64,000 nt of DNA from positions 310,001 through 374,000 of the forward strand of contig OX337237.1 of NCBI GenBank assembly GCA_946965045.2, given 5' to 3'. A program made the translations under genes and the position numbers. The stretch comes from Epithemia pelagica. Taxonomy: Eukaryota > Protista > Bacillariophyta. Below the pieces are notes generated by a model. It was not told the origin of the DNA. It worked only from the letters and a program-made list of their open reading frames with translations, and did not search any database. Position 1 is the stretch's first letter. Every line of letters begins with the position of its first letter. Below, one piece after another: positions 12,407 to 23,119 of this stretch.

Positions 12407-13248
12407 GGAGATCCGAAAAGCCATGCGTGTGCCGAGGCAAGCCTGTTTGTGGTCGTTCCATCCTCATTGTGGGCAAACGTGCTCCATACATGGGCCAACC
12501 AACCAGAGATCCAATCCACCACCATGGCATCTTAAGATGTAGTGGTGGTGGATTGCATCTCTGGTTTGTTGGCAATGTCCCCAAGATCATTATAATAAGG
12601 ACATATTAGGATGATGAGGGGTGTTGTGTTCACATGGAGAGTCCTCTGGACCGGCACAGCACAACAACATGTACTTTCCGCGTTTCAGGCCCCTCCAAAC
12701 AGTATCACCTGCCCATTTGCTACAGGTTGCCTCTCTTTTTGGAAGGATACCATGGAACAGGCACAACAATCGACGAGGAACAAACAGACAAAGAACCAAT
12801 CAGCCAGACTGTCCGTCACATTCTCTCGGATGGAACACGTAGACAAGAGAACCAAATACGTACACGTTTCCATCCTCTACGCGGCAGTAGACAAGAAAGC
12901 GGTGCAGCCGATCCTATTAGCGTGTCTGTTTCGAACCTTGTCACTCATGTGAGTACTGCAGAGAAAACGGCAGACGTATAGACAGAAACGAGCAAGATGT
13001 CGCTGTGATGGCACCGCAGCAGCAGTGGCGACAGGGCATTCCGAAGGTGGCAAGTATACGCACTGGAGCCGGCGGTTCGGTCGAATGTGCGGAACCACAG
13101 CGCTATATATTCCATGAATGGGTATTCGATCTGTGGTACCAAGCGATTCGTGGAGTATCAAGTCCATCCGCTCCTGTGACCTTTCATCCGTATCTGCTTT
13201 GGCTCATGAAATGGCATTCCCTGCTGCGGAAGCCACCAAAAACGTTTC

Positions 13249-14030
13249 ATGCCGGACAAAAAGAGCCCCCAAAGAGACACGCATAGTATGGAGGCCGTGA
13301 AGCAATGCGTCGGTCATGGGGCGAGGCGGACTCTGGTTGCCTTCCATGTTGGTGGAGTGGGTATTCATCTCAAGTCCACATTGCTCGAGCTATCACTCCA
13401 GTTTATATTTCGAGGTGATAACACGTACCTTGTGTCAGGAATGGAAACCGGCCACGTCCCTGCATGTCGAGCGATCTGGAATCCTCCCCTTGGTTTCGGA
13501 TATCGAAAGGATATTGCTTCTTGTCCGTTTCCTGCCGACAATAATAAGTCTGTACCGATCGGGATGCAGGAGCTGTTCCGACTGGTTTGCGCGGACGACA
13601 AAGTAGTTCTTGGGTTGCACAGTTCTTCGGTGGAGACTCGTCCGCAAATGCCAGCTACCATGTGCACAATCAATCTACGCAGGCACAACGGCTAGAGCTT
13701 CATCATGTCATTGGATATGGAACGCATGGGATTGTGTACAAAGGAACAGAGGAGGAAAATGTAAGAGATAACTTTGTAGTGAAATCCTCCGTCGTTGGGG
13801 AGGTTCGATGCATCGAAAGGGAGCTGAGAGCTCTGAGGGCTCGAAACGAAAGCCATGCCTCCCGCCCACCGTCGATTCCCGTTCTGAAAGACTTGGGAAG
13901 CATCTGCTACAGGATTCGAGGAACAACGATCAACGTCCCTGCCTTCAAGTTCTCACCGAAAGGATCGCTCGTGAATGGCAAGCTTAATAATACGGAGCAA
14001 CTTCAGTGTCTATACAGATTATTTCTTCAA
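13249..14030 (+). pseudogene. Frameshifted, truncated protein kinase relic (possibly extending upstream to about 12630)
   Basis: The 13587 frame has IGYGTHGIVYKG (Gly-loop), FVVKS (VAIK-like) and IERELRAL (alphaC Glu) but no HRD/DFG before the sequence becomes repetitive. The upstream protein-like frame 13249-13695 is out of register. Confidence 0.55.
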
Positions 14031-14128
14031 CAGTCCAGACAACTCTCGTTCCAAGGAAAACTCGTTTGCAGTATCACTGCCTGTCATTCTACTTTTGAAT
14101 GGCAGTGTTTCCCTCTCGCAGCAAAGGA

Positions 14129-14403
14129 AGATCCATTTCACCGGAAAGCCCAGACTCGTGACATCCTTCCTTTCTGAACCTTTCTTTCAAAGATACCATC
14201 TATGACAGAATCAGTACCAAGTCAGGGAACACAACACAGTCGGCAGCTTGCTTCCAAGTCACAGCAGAAGATCCATTTCACCGGAAAGCCCAGAGTCTTT
14301 CACCATCTTTCGCTAGATCCATTTCACCCGAAAACCCAGACTCTTGACAGCCATCTGCATCTTTCGCTAGATCCGTTTCACCCGAAAACCCAGACGCTTG
14401 ACA
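14129..14403. repeat. Four copies of a ~26-bp core AGATCC(A/G)TTTCACC(G/C)GAAA(G/A)CCCAGA; last two within a 54-bp tandem unit
   Basis: Cores start at 14129, 14269, 14315 and 14369. Confidence 0.85.
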
Positions 14404-14629
14404 TGCTGTTCTGTCAGCCTCTCATTTTTGTTCCAAGATACGATCTTTGGCAGAATCAATCCCTGTCATACCAACATGGGAAAAGTGCATATCCGAGCAG
14501 TACGAGAGTTGATTCGTCTCGCTTCAAAGTCGTAGCAGAAGTGAAGCAATCTCCATGTTGTCATAACTTTTTATCCTGGCCAAAGAAAACTTGAACGACG
14601 TACCAATTCCACCCAAGAACCCTAGTGGA

Positions 14630-17600
14630 ATGATACCGCCTGCATCGACGGGCGATGAAGAGAAGAAACACGACTTCACTGTTTTTGCATCTTCTGGTGG
14701 TGAGGATGAGAAACCATGCGACGGTACGTAACGCTCATGGAAACTGGGCTCAGATGGCGCAACGTATCGTGATGCAGTTTTCAAAATGATCGTACAGACC
14801 CTCCTCATCACTTGTCCTTCTATCCTATACATATACAGATCTAGCCGAACAGTTGGTCTCCGAACTCGAGAGTACCTTGCAGGAACTGAAAATGCTACAA
14901 TGCTCCAGAGGTGACGGACAAGGAAATGATACGAGGAAGTTTATTCTGGAGTTTAAGAGTGGGATGGATCGGTTGGTCCATCGTCTTCGTGAGAATCCAG
15001 GCCAGGAAATGAACGCTATTTCGCATGAAGTGGAATACTTTTGTGATAAGGCCAAGTTGTTTTTCCGAAATAAACAAGAAATGAACAAAGATGAATATGA
15101 AGGCTCTAGAGATGGTACGTAAGTATGCGCAACGGGTCGATTGTACCCGTTCAACATCTACTTTCACAATCTTGTACTGACACGCTGTCCCCTTCGATTC
15201 CTATATAGTGTTGGACGAAGAGTTGGTTACGAAACTCACGTTCATCTTGGACGAGTTAAAGAGCCTCCAACTCTCTATCCAGGAGGAACCCACCTATCAC
15301 GCTTTAGGGGAAGGTCTTTTTGAAGATGTGGCCAACTTTGTCCATGAATTTTCAAGTGGCATGGATCGGTTGGTGCAACATCCGCATCAAAGTCAGGAAA
15401 TTGACGATCCGGCTGCTGTTGTAGAACACTATCATGAGGTTGCCAGGTTGTTTCTGGAACACAAACGAAAAAGAATGGGTGCTCTGGATCAATACGTGCG
15501 TCCACTCCTCAAAAACGGATTTCGGTTGATGAAAGGTGACGCTCAAGCTTGTGACGACAAGGAAAGTGAGCAGCGTTCTTCCTCCTTTTATGTGAACTTG
15601 TCCCTTATGTATGACGAAGATAACACTGGCAACGAGCTTACTTCCGTGCTTAAACATCTCCCACACAAGACGAAAAAGAAAAAGAAGAGGAAGACGGTGA
15701 ATGAATCGATTGGCCGTAACATTAAGAAACAATACAAGTGGTGGACTGATGCTGAAGTGACGCATACCTTGGAGGAAGCGTTGACTCGCAAGCTGTGCAA
15801 CGATGGAGCAGATCTGATTGATTTCGAGTACTGGATTGGTCTTCTCTCACCACGCAAACAGGTTGTAGTCACAGATGATGATGATGAAGATGATGAGGAG
15901 GAAGAGGATAACGAAGATGGAGATGACGACAGCACTAACATGGAATTGTTTGAAAAGGAACTTCTCTTGCTGCAGTCCAAGACAGGAGAATGGTCCAAGT
16001 GGGAACCGCCATTGCTTTTTGAAAATGTACGCACTGTCGCTACTCCTAGTACCATTGTAGTCGAATGGGATTCACCATCGTGCTCCATGGATGGTAGTGC
16101 TGATTCGATGGATCAACATATCACTTCGCTGTTTCTCGCGGACGATGGCATCGGCAATCCGATCTTTCTCGACAGAAGTCTCGGCAAAACTGCAGGTTAT
16201 GTATGGACAGGCCTAGAGCATAATACGGAATACATTGTCGAGGTTCATGCATCTTCCGATACCCATGGAGTGAGCACGGAAAGCTCCAAGCTGACAGTCC
16301 GTACCGAAAAGGTGGTGTCCCTGGCCCGAAGAATCCATGGCTGTGTCAAGGATGGTTCCTCTGGCATTGGTACGATGCCGGGAACGGAAACGCTCCATTT
16401 GATTTCGTCTTTTTCGAGTTCCATCAAGTCAAAGGGGATTCACCTTCCCGGGCAAGCAACAGTCGATTGCGTCCGTTTTGTCGACGTGATTCCAGGTTTT
16501 GAACCCCAATACGAGTTTGGCAATATGGAAGATGCCTTGGTGTGCATTTTGACGGGAGAGACCGGTGCGGGGAAATCAACGCATTTGAATGCCATTGTCA
16601 ACTGGCTCTTTGGTGTTGAGCTGGAAGATCCCTTTCGACTTTTGTTGATTGATGATTCACATATGAAGGCCACAAGTTCTGTGACACAGCATATTACTGT
16701 GTATCGCATCCGTCATTTACCTGGAATGCCAATCGACAAGAGCCTCATGCTGATTGACTCTCCAGGCTACGCGGACTCAAGAAACCTCAAGGCTGATGAC
16801 TTTACCACGCATGCCTTCCGTCAATTGTTCAAAGAGATTAGTCACGTCAATTGCGTTGGACTTGTCATGAAGGCGTATAATGAACGACTGACGGCGAGTA
16901 CGAAATATGTGATTGAGAAGATGTTACAGCTGTTTGATACGAGTATCAAAGACAACATTCTTCCCATTTGCACGTTTGCGGACCATGGCGTGCCAACATG
17001 TTTGGAAGGATTGAAGTCGGACAATGTTTCGTTTCAGCATCATGTCAAGGTCCAGAATTCCATGTTCTCTTGTCGATATGTTCGCAGTCAAGGAGAAGCA
17101 GGACCGATGTCCTCGGCCTTGATGCAAGAACGTAAACTCTATTGGCAAATTGCGTATAACGGGATTTCTTCCATGTTTGACATTGTGTCTGACCACATGG
17201 TTCTTCGGCCGCTGGATAAGAGCTCCCGCGTTTTGGACCAGCGCCAGAAGCTTCAAGAAACATTGCAAGCAGTGATCCATGCACTTTCAGAAACAACGGC
17301 CGATGTTGCAAATATACTGCAGCAGCTTAACTTTATGGTTAATGTTTTGGGAAATGTTCCCACCGAAAAGGTCAAGGTGAAGAAATCCGAGAGTGTCAAA
17401 ACTGATCTTCCGACGGGCGTCCATGTTACTTTGTGTTCCAAGTGCAATGTAACATGTCACATGGGATGCCGAATCCCAAATGATCAGGATAAGGCGAGAT
17501 GTTGTGCCATGGACAAGTCTGGGAACTGTCGTGTGTGTCCTGGCAAGTGTTATTGGACGCATCACCACAACGCTGAGTACTACTGGGAGGTGAAGACGAG

Positions 17601-18302
17601 AGTTGAAGAAGTGGTTCCAGAGGAACTTATCAAGAGGTGAGTCATAAGTGTATGTAGATTGGAAAAATGACCATTCCCTCCAATCTTCTTCTTCTGACCG
17701 TACTGCCTTACGCTTGATGATAATCGGAACGGCAAAGGTGGGCTGGAGAGAATGGTTCGCATGAAGCTGCAATCTTGAATGGATTGAAACAGTGGGAGGA
17801 AAAACAGCAACATGTGCTGAATCTTTTGAATCTTTGTGTTTCACTACAAGAAGAGCTTCAAGTCAAGAGCCTTCGGAACAACCCACGTGTAGCTTTGGCC
17901 TATGTCGAGTCGTTGATTGAAATGCAAAAAGACCGGGGAGCAACAGATGATGTGTTACAAGCATTGCATCAAGCCAAGAAACAGCTTCGCCTCCAGGATG
18001 AAAGTAAGCGTCAACGTGATATAAACGCAGCAAACAAGAACGCTTTTGAATGCATTAAAGATGAACTGGACCGTCGATCTAAGTTGCCTCCTCGCCAGAG
18101 GTTGATGGAAGAAAACCAGCCGAGTGACTTCTACAATGAAGTTCTGAATTATGTTCCACGAGAATACCGTCGCGATCTTCCTCCTCCGTTGAAGATTTCC
18201 AATCATTGGATTTGTGGAGCGCAGAGTTACCCCCCGTTTCGTGAAAGTCTGAAAAAGACTGGGCTGGCCTTGAAGACACTTTTAAGCATGGGAGTGTCGT
18301 AG
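14630..18302 (+). CDS. FN3 + P-loop GTPase + Cys/His-rich domain + coiled-coil protein, paralog B; join(14630..14723,14839..15114,15209..17636,17738..18302)
   Basis: Three GT-AG introns (14724-14838, 15115-15208, 17637-17737) each restore the frame. GETGAGKS, DSPG, TFADHG and CSKCNVTCHMGC...CCAMD...CRVCPGKCYWTHHHN are present. Start codon uncertain. Confidence 0.85.
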
Positions 18303-19528
18303 GGGCGGTCATGTGATTTTCCTTTTGTGGTGCTGTCAGCGGAACAGAGAAAAAAAATCGACAGCAATATAGTCTGGAGGCCAATGAAACAAGAATTTAT
18401 CTGTCGTATTTACTTCAGCACTCTATGAGAGTAACTAATATTTTCAAGCGACATGGTGATTTTCCTAGATGGTCGCTCCGTGTTTTGGGCTTTGAGTGTC
18501 CAGTGTCCAGAGAAATGCGGACTCGCACATGCCTTGCAGTTGCATAAAAGGACGACTATGTGGTTTCATAGACTGAGGCTTTTCTCTTGTAACGTCGCCT
18601 TTCCGGGTCAGGACCAGTCATTCATATTGTTTGGCGCCGTAAGTCGAGAGTGTCCCATGGTCTTGGGGCTCTATAGGTAGGCTCTATAGGTAGATGTGTA
18701 GAGCTATCTTCCGGTGCTGGGATACTATGATTTATGATAGTAAGATAGAATATAGGTAGTTCTGATAGTGTCGTAGTTTCCTAGCGTTGCAATATGTACT
18801 GGTTCAATACAACACAAACAATATGTAAGACTATGGACCGTTGGGATTTACAGCCACAAAGGTGCGGATAAAAAGGGTCGACCATCGACCATGAGATGAC
18901 GTTCTCGTAACCCAACGAGAATCGCAGCCTTCTTGTAGAGATGCGGAGCATGTTTGTGCGTTTGGGTATGAATGTTTGTCCAACAATAAGGAGCTGTCCA
19001 AGCGCGATAGACGAATTCGCTGAACGTTTGCCGTGACACGTTTTTTCTGTCGCGCTCGTCGACTATACTTCCAGTACCTCCTGAGAAGGGAACCGAGACA
19101 CGTTTCTCTCGCATGTTCCCCTCAGATTCTCCTCTCGTCGCAACTTGTCTTGTCGCAACTTGTCTTGGAAAGAACTGTTGTTGTGTCTTGATCAAGCGTC
19201 GTCATCGTATTGCCCCGTCCAATCGCACACAAGGAAACTGTGGATTGCTCTGGACGTCCCAAATGGTTTCTCCCATGACGAGAACTGCGGAGATTTCATG
19301 GTCCCGAAAAGGCAGAGAAAAGTGTCCACGACCAAGACACTTTGCGAATTCAAACAAAGGAAACTTCAAACCCGTCGCTAGTTCAGGTTGAATCAGACGG
19401 AACAAGAGATGGTGTGCGATCGAGAAAGAGAGTTGGTGCTCTCCACTCATAAAAAGTAAAGTCGCAGACTGGAATCGATCAAACTTTGCAAGCAATACTT
19501 ACTTTTACACTTTGAACTTTGTTGAACC

Positions 19529-22500
19529 ATGTTGCGTCGCGTCTTAAAACAACACCGTGAGAAACGTCGCCAACGCCGCATGGCGGCCCAACCCCATCCA
19601 ACTGCTGGTAACGTTCCAGCAGATCCTGTATCGAGCAAGGAAAAAGATCCCCTGGATGTGACTCTCAATCCTTCTTCGTCCTCTGATGACGGTGAAATGG
19701 AAGGCCCTCCAGCCGGTACGTAGACACAAACAGAGACACCTTTTGTGAGACGTTCTTCATCATCTTGTACTGACACTTGCAATCACTCTCTTTTTTCTGT
19801 ATCAATTCCTTTTCACAGTAGTATTGGACCAAGAGTTGGTTGCCAAGCTTGAGTTTGTCTGGAACGAGCTCAAGATCCTGCAACGTTCCATCCAAGACGA
19901 ACCCACGTATCGCGCTCTCGGACCAGGCCTCGGTGTCGATGTGGCCAACTTTGTTCTGGAATTTTCCCATGGCATGGACCGATTGATGCAACAACCACCT
20001 CAACAACAACCGGGAATGGACGACCCGACGGTGGTTGTGGAACACTATTGCGATATTGCCAAGTTGTTTCTCAAAAACAAACGCAAAGAAATGAATGCTC
20101 TCGATCAATTCGTGGGTCCACTCCTGGACCATGGATTTCAATTGGTGGACGAAGAAGGCAATCGTCAAGACCAGGAACAGTGCTCTTCCTCCTTTCATGT
20201 GAACTTGTCCCTGTTGTACGATTCAGATAATTTCGGCAACGATCTGGCTTCTCAACTGAACCATCTGCCTACTCAAACGGCCGGACGCAAGAACAAGAAG
20301 CAGTACAAGTGGTGGACCGATGCAGAAGTGACGCATACCTTGGAGGAAGCATTGACTCGCAAGCTGTGCAACGATGAAGCCAATCGGATTGAGTTCCAGT
20401 ACTGGATTGGTCTTCCATCAACGGCGGGGCGACTAGGATGCACGGATGATAACGACGACGACAATGATAACGACGGTGGCGACAAGATCGACACCAACAC
20501 GGACTTGTTTGACGAGGAACTTCTCTTGTTGCGCACCAAGACGGGAAAATGGTCCAGGTGGGAACCGCCGTTGCCTTTTGAAAATGTACGCACTGTCGCA
20601 ACCCCTAGTACTATTGTAGTTGAGTGGGATTCGCCGCCATGCTCCGTGGATGGAAATGTTGGTTCGATGGACCAACATATCATTTCGCTGTTTCTCGCAG
20701 ACGATGGCAGTGGCGATCCAATTTTTCTCGAGAGAAGTGTCGGCAAAACTGCAGGTTGTGTATGGACAGGCCTAGAGCATAATACGGAGTACGTTGTCGA
20801 GGTTCATGCATCTTCCGATACCCATGGAGTGAGCACGGAAAGCTCCAAGCTGACAGTCCGTACCGAAAAGGTGGTGTCCCTGGCCCGAAGAATCCATGGC
20901 TGTGTCAAGGATGGTGCCTCTGGAATTGGTACAATGCCGGGAACGGAAACGCTCCATTTGTTTTCTTCCTTTTCGAGTTCCATCAAGTCAAAGGGGATTC
21001 ACCTTCCGGGACAACCAACGGTCGATTGCGTCCGTTTTGTCGACGTGATTCCCGGTTTTGAACCCCAATACGAGTTTGGCAATATGGAAGATGCCTTGGT
21101 GTGCATTTTGACGGGAGAGACCGGTGCGGGGAAATCAACGCATTTGAATGCCATTGTCAACTGGCTCTTTGGTGTTGAGCTGGAAGATCCATTTCGCCTA
21201 TTGTTGATTGATGATTCACATATGAAGGCCACGAGTTCTGTGACACAGCATATCACCGTGTATCGCATCCGTCATTTACCTGGAATGCCCATCGACAAGA
21301 GCCTCATGCTGATTGACTCTCCAGGCTACGCGGACTCGAGAAACCTCAAGGCTGATGACTTTACCACGCATGCCTTCCGTCAATTGTTCAAAGAGATTAG
21401 TCACGTCAATTGCGTTGGACTTGTCATGAAGGCGTATAATGAACGCCTGACGGCGAGTACGAAATATGTGATTGAGAAGATGTTGCAGTTATTTGATACG
21501 AGTATCAAAGACAACATTCTTCCCATTTGCACCTTTGCGGACCATGGCGTGCCAACATGCTTGGAGGGATTGAAGTCGGACAATGTTTCTTTCCAACATC
21601 ATGTCAAGGTCCAGAATTCAATGTTCTCTTGTCGATATGTTCGCAGTCAAGGAGAAACAGGGCCAATGTCCTCGGCGTTGATGCAAGAGCGCAAGCTATA
21701 CTGGCAAATTGCGTATAACGGAATCTCTTCCATGTTTGACATTGTGTCTAACCACATGGTTCTTCGTCCATTGGATGCCAGTAGCCTCATTTTGGAAAAA
21801 CGGCAGTTGCTTCAAGAAACATTGCAAGCTGTGATACATGCGCTTTCAGAAACAACAGCCGATGTGGCCAACATTATGCAACAGTTGAACTTTTTGGTCA
21901 ATATTCTGGGAGAAGTTCCAACTGACAAGGTTACTGTGACAAAGTCTGAAAGTGTCAAAACTGATCTTCCGACGGGCGTCCATGTTACTTTGTGTTCCAA
22001 GTGCAATGTAACATGTCACATGGGATGCCGAATCCCAAATGATCAGGATAAAGCGAGATGTTGTGCCATGGACAAGTCTGGGAACTGTACTGTGTGTCCT
22101 GGCAAATGTCATTGGACACATCACCACAATGCTACTTACTACTGGGAGGTGAAAACGAGAGTCGAAGAAGTGGTTCCGGAAGAACTGATCAAAAGGTGAG
22201 TCACATGTGTATCGGATCGGAGACGATCTCTCTTGTTCTTCTTACCATAATTCTTTATCTACAAAGGTGGGCTGGAGAGAATGGTTCGCATGAAGCAGCG
22301 ATCTTAAATGGATTGAAACAGTTGGAGGAGAAACAGCAACATGTGGTCGATCTTTTAAATCAATGCGTCTCACTGCAAAAAGAGCTCCAAGTCAAGAGTC
22401 TTCGGAACAATCCTCGTGTAGCGTTGGCCTATGTTGAATCTTTGATTGAAATGCAAAAAGACCGTGGAGCCACAGATGATGTGCTGCAGGCTTTGCATCA

Positions 22501-22831
22501 AGCAAAGAAACAGCTTCGCCTCCAGGACGAGAGTAAGCGTCAACGCGATATCTACAAAGCAAACAAAACGGCGCTTCAATGTATCAAAGCTGAGTTGAGC
22601 CGTCGATCTCAGTTGCCGTATCTCGAGAGATTGATGGAAGAGAACCAGCCGAGCGACTTCTACAATCAAGTTCTCAAACAAGTCCCGCGAGAATATCGTC
22701 GCCAGCTTCCTCCTCCGTTGAAGGCATCCAATCAGTGGTTCTCTGGAGGCCAGAGTTACCCTCCCTTTCGTGAAAGTCTGAAAAAGACTGGACTGGCCTT
22801 GACCACCCTTTTGCGGATGGGAGTGTCGTAA
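19529..22831 (+). CDS. FN3 + P-loop GTPase + Cys/His-rich domain + coiled-coil protein, paralog C; join(19529..19715,19819..22195,22267..22831)
   Basis: Introns 19716-19818 (G|GTACGT...CAG) and 22196-22266 (AG|GTGAGT...AAG) restore the frame. Motifs as in paralog B. Confidence 0.88.
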
Positions 22832-23119
22832 GAGCTGTCGTTTGATTTCGTTTTCGCCGGGTCTCAGCACGTAATAGAAGCGTCCCCGTCAGCCGGCGAT
22901 ATTGTCTGCGAACTTTGCCTCCATATATATTTAAACTACTCTGAACCACTATTACTTCTTATATTTGCTTTTACTGAAGTAGACGTTTATATATTTGGAC
23001 TCAGGAGGTCCTACGGGGGAGCACCATTGATTGGAATGAAATCAACCTCAATTCAAAGGAGCTGCCTTTAAACCTGTCGTGTAGCGCAAAGTGGTGCTGG
23101 GGATCATCTCTCGTGCGTT

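Noticed and set aside
11833-12609. ORFs spanning the CT microsatellite (poly-SL / poly-ER peptides)
   Set aside because: The frames stay open because of the stop-free dinucleotide repeat; no coding signature.
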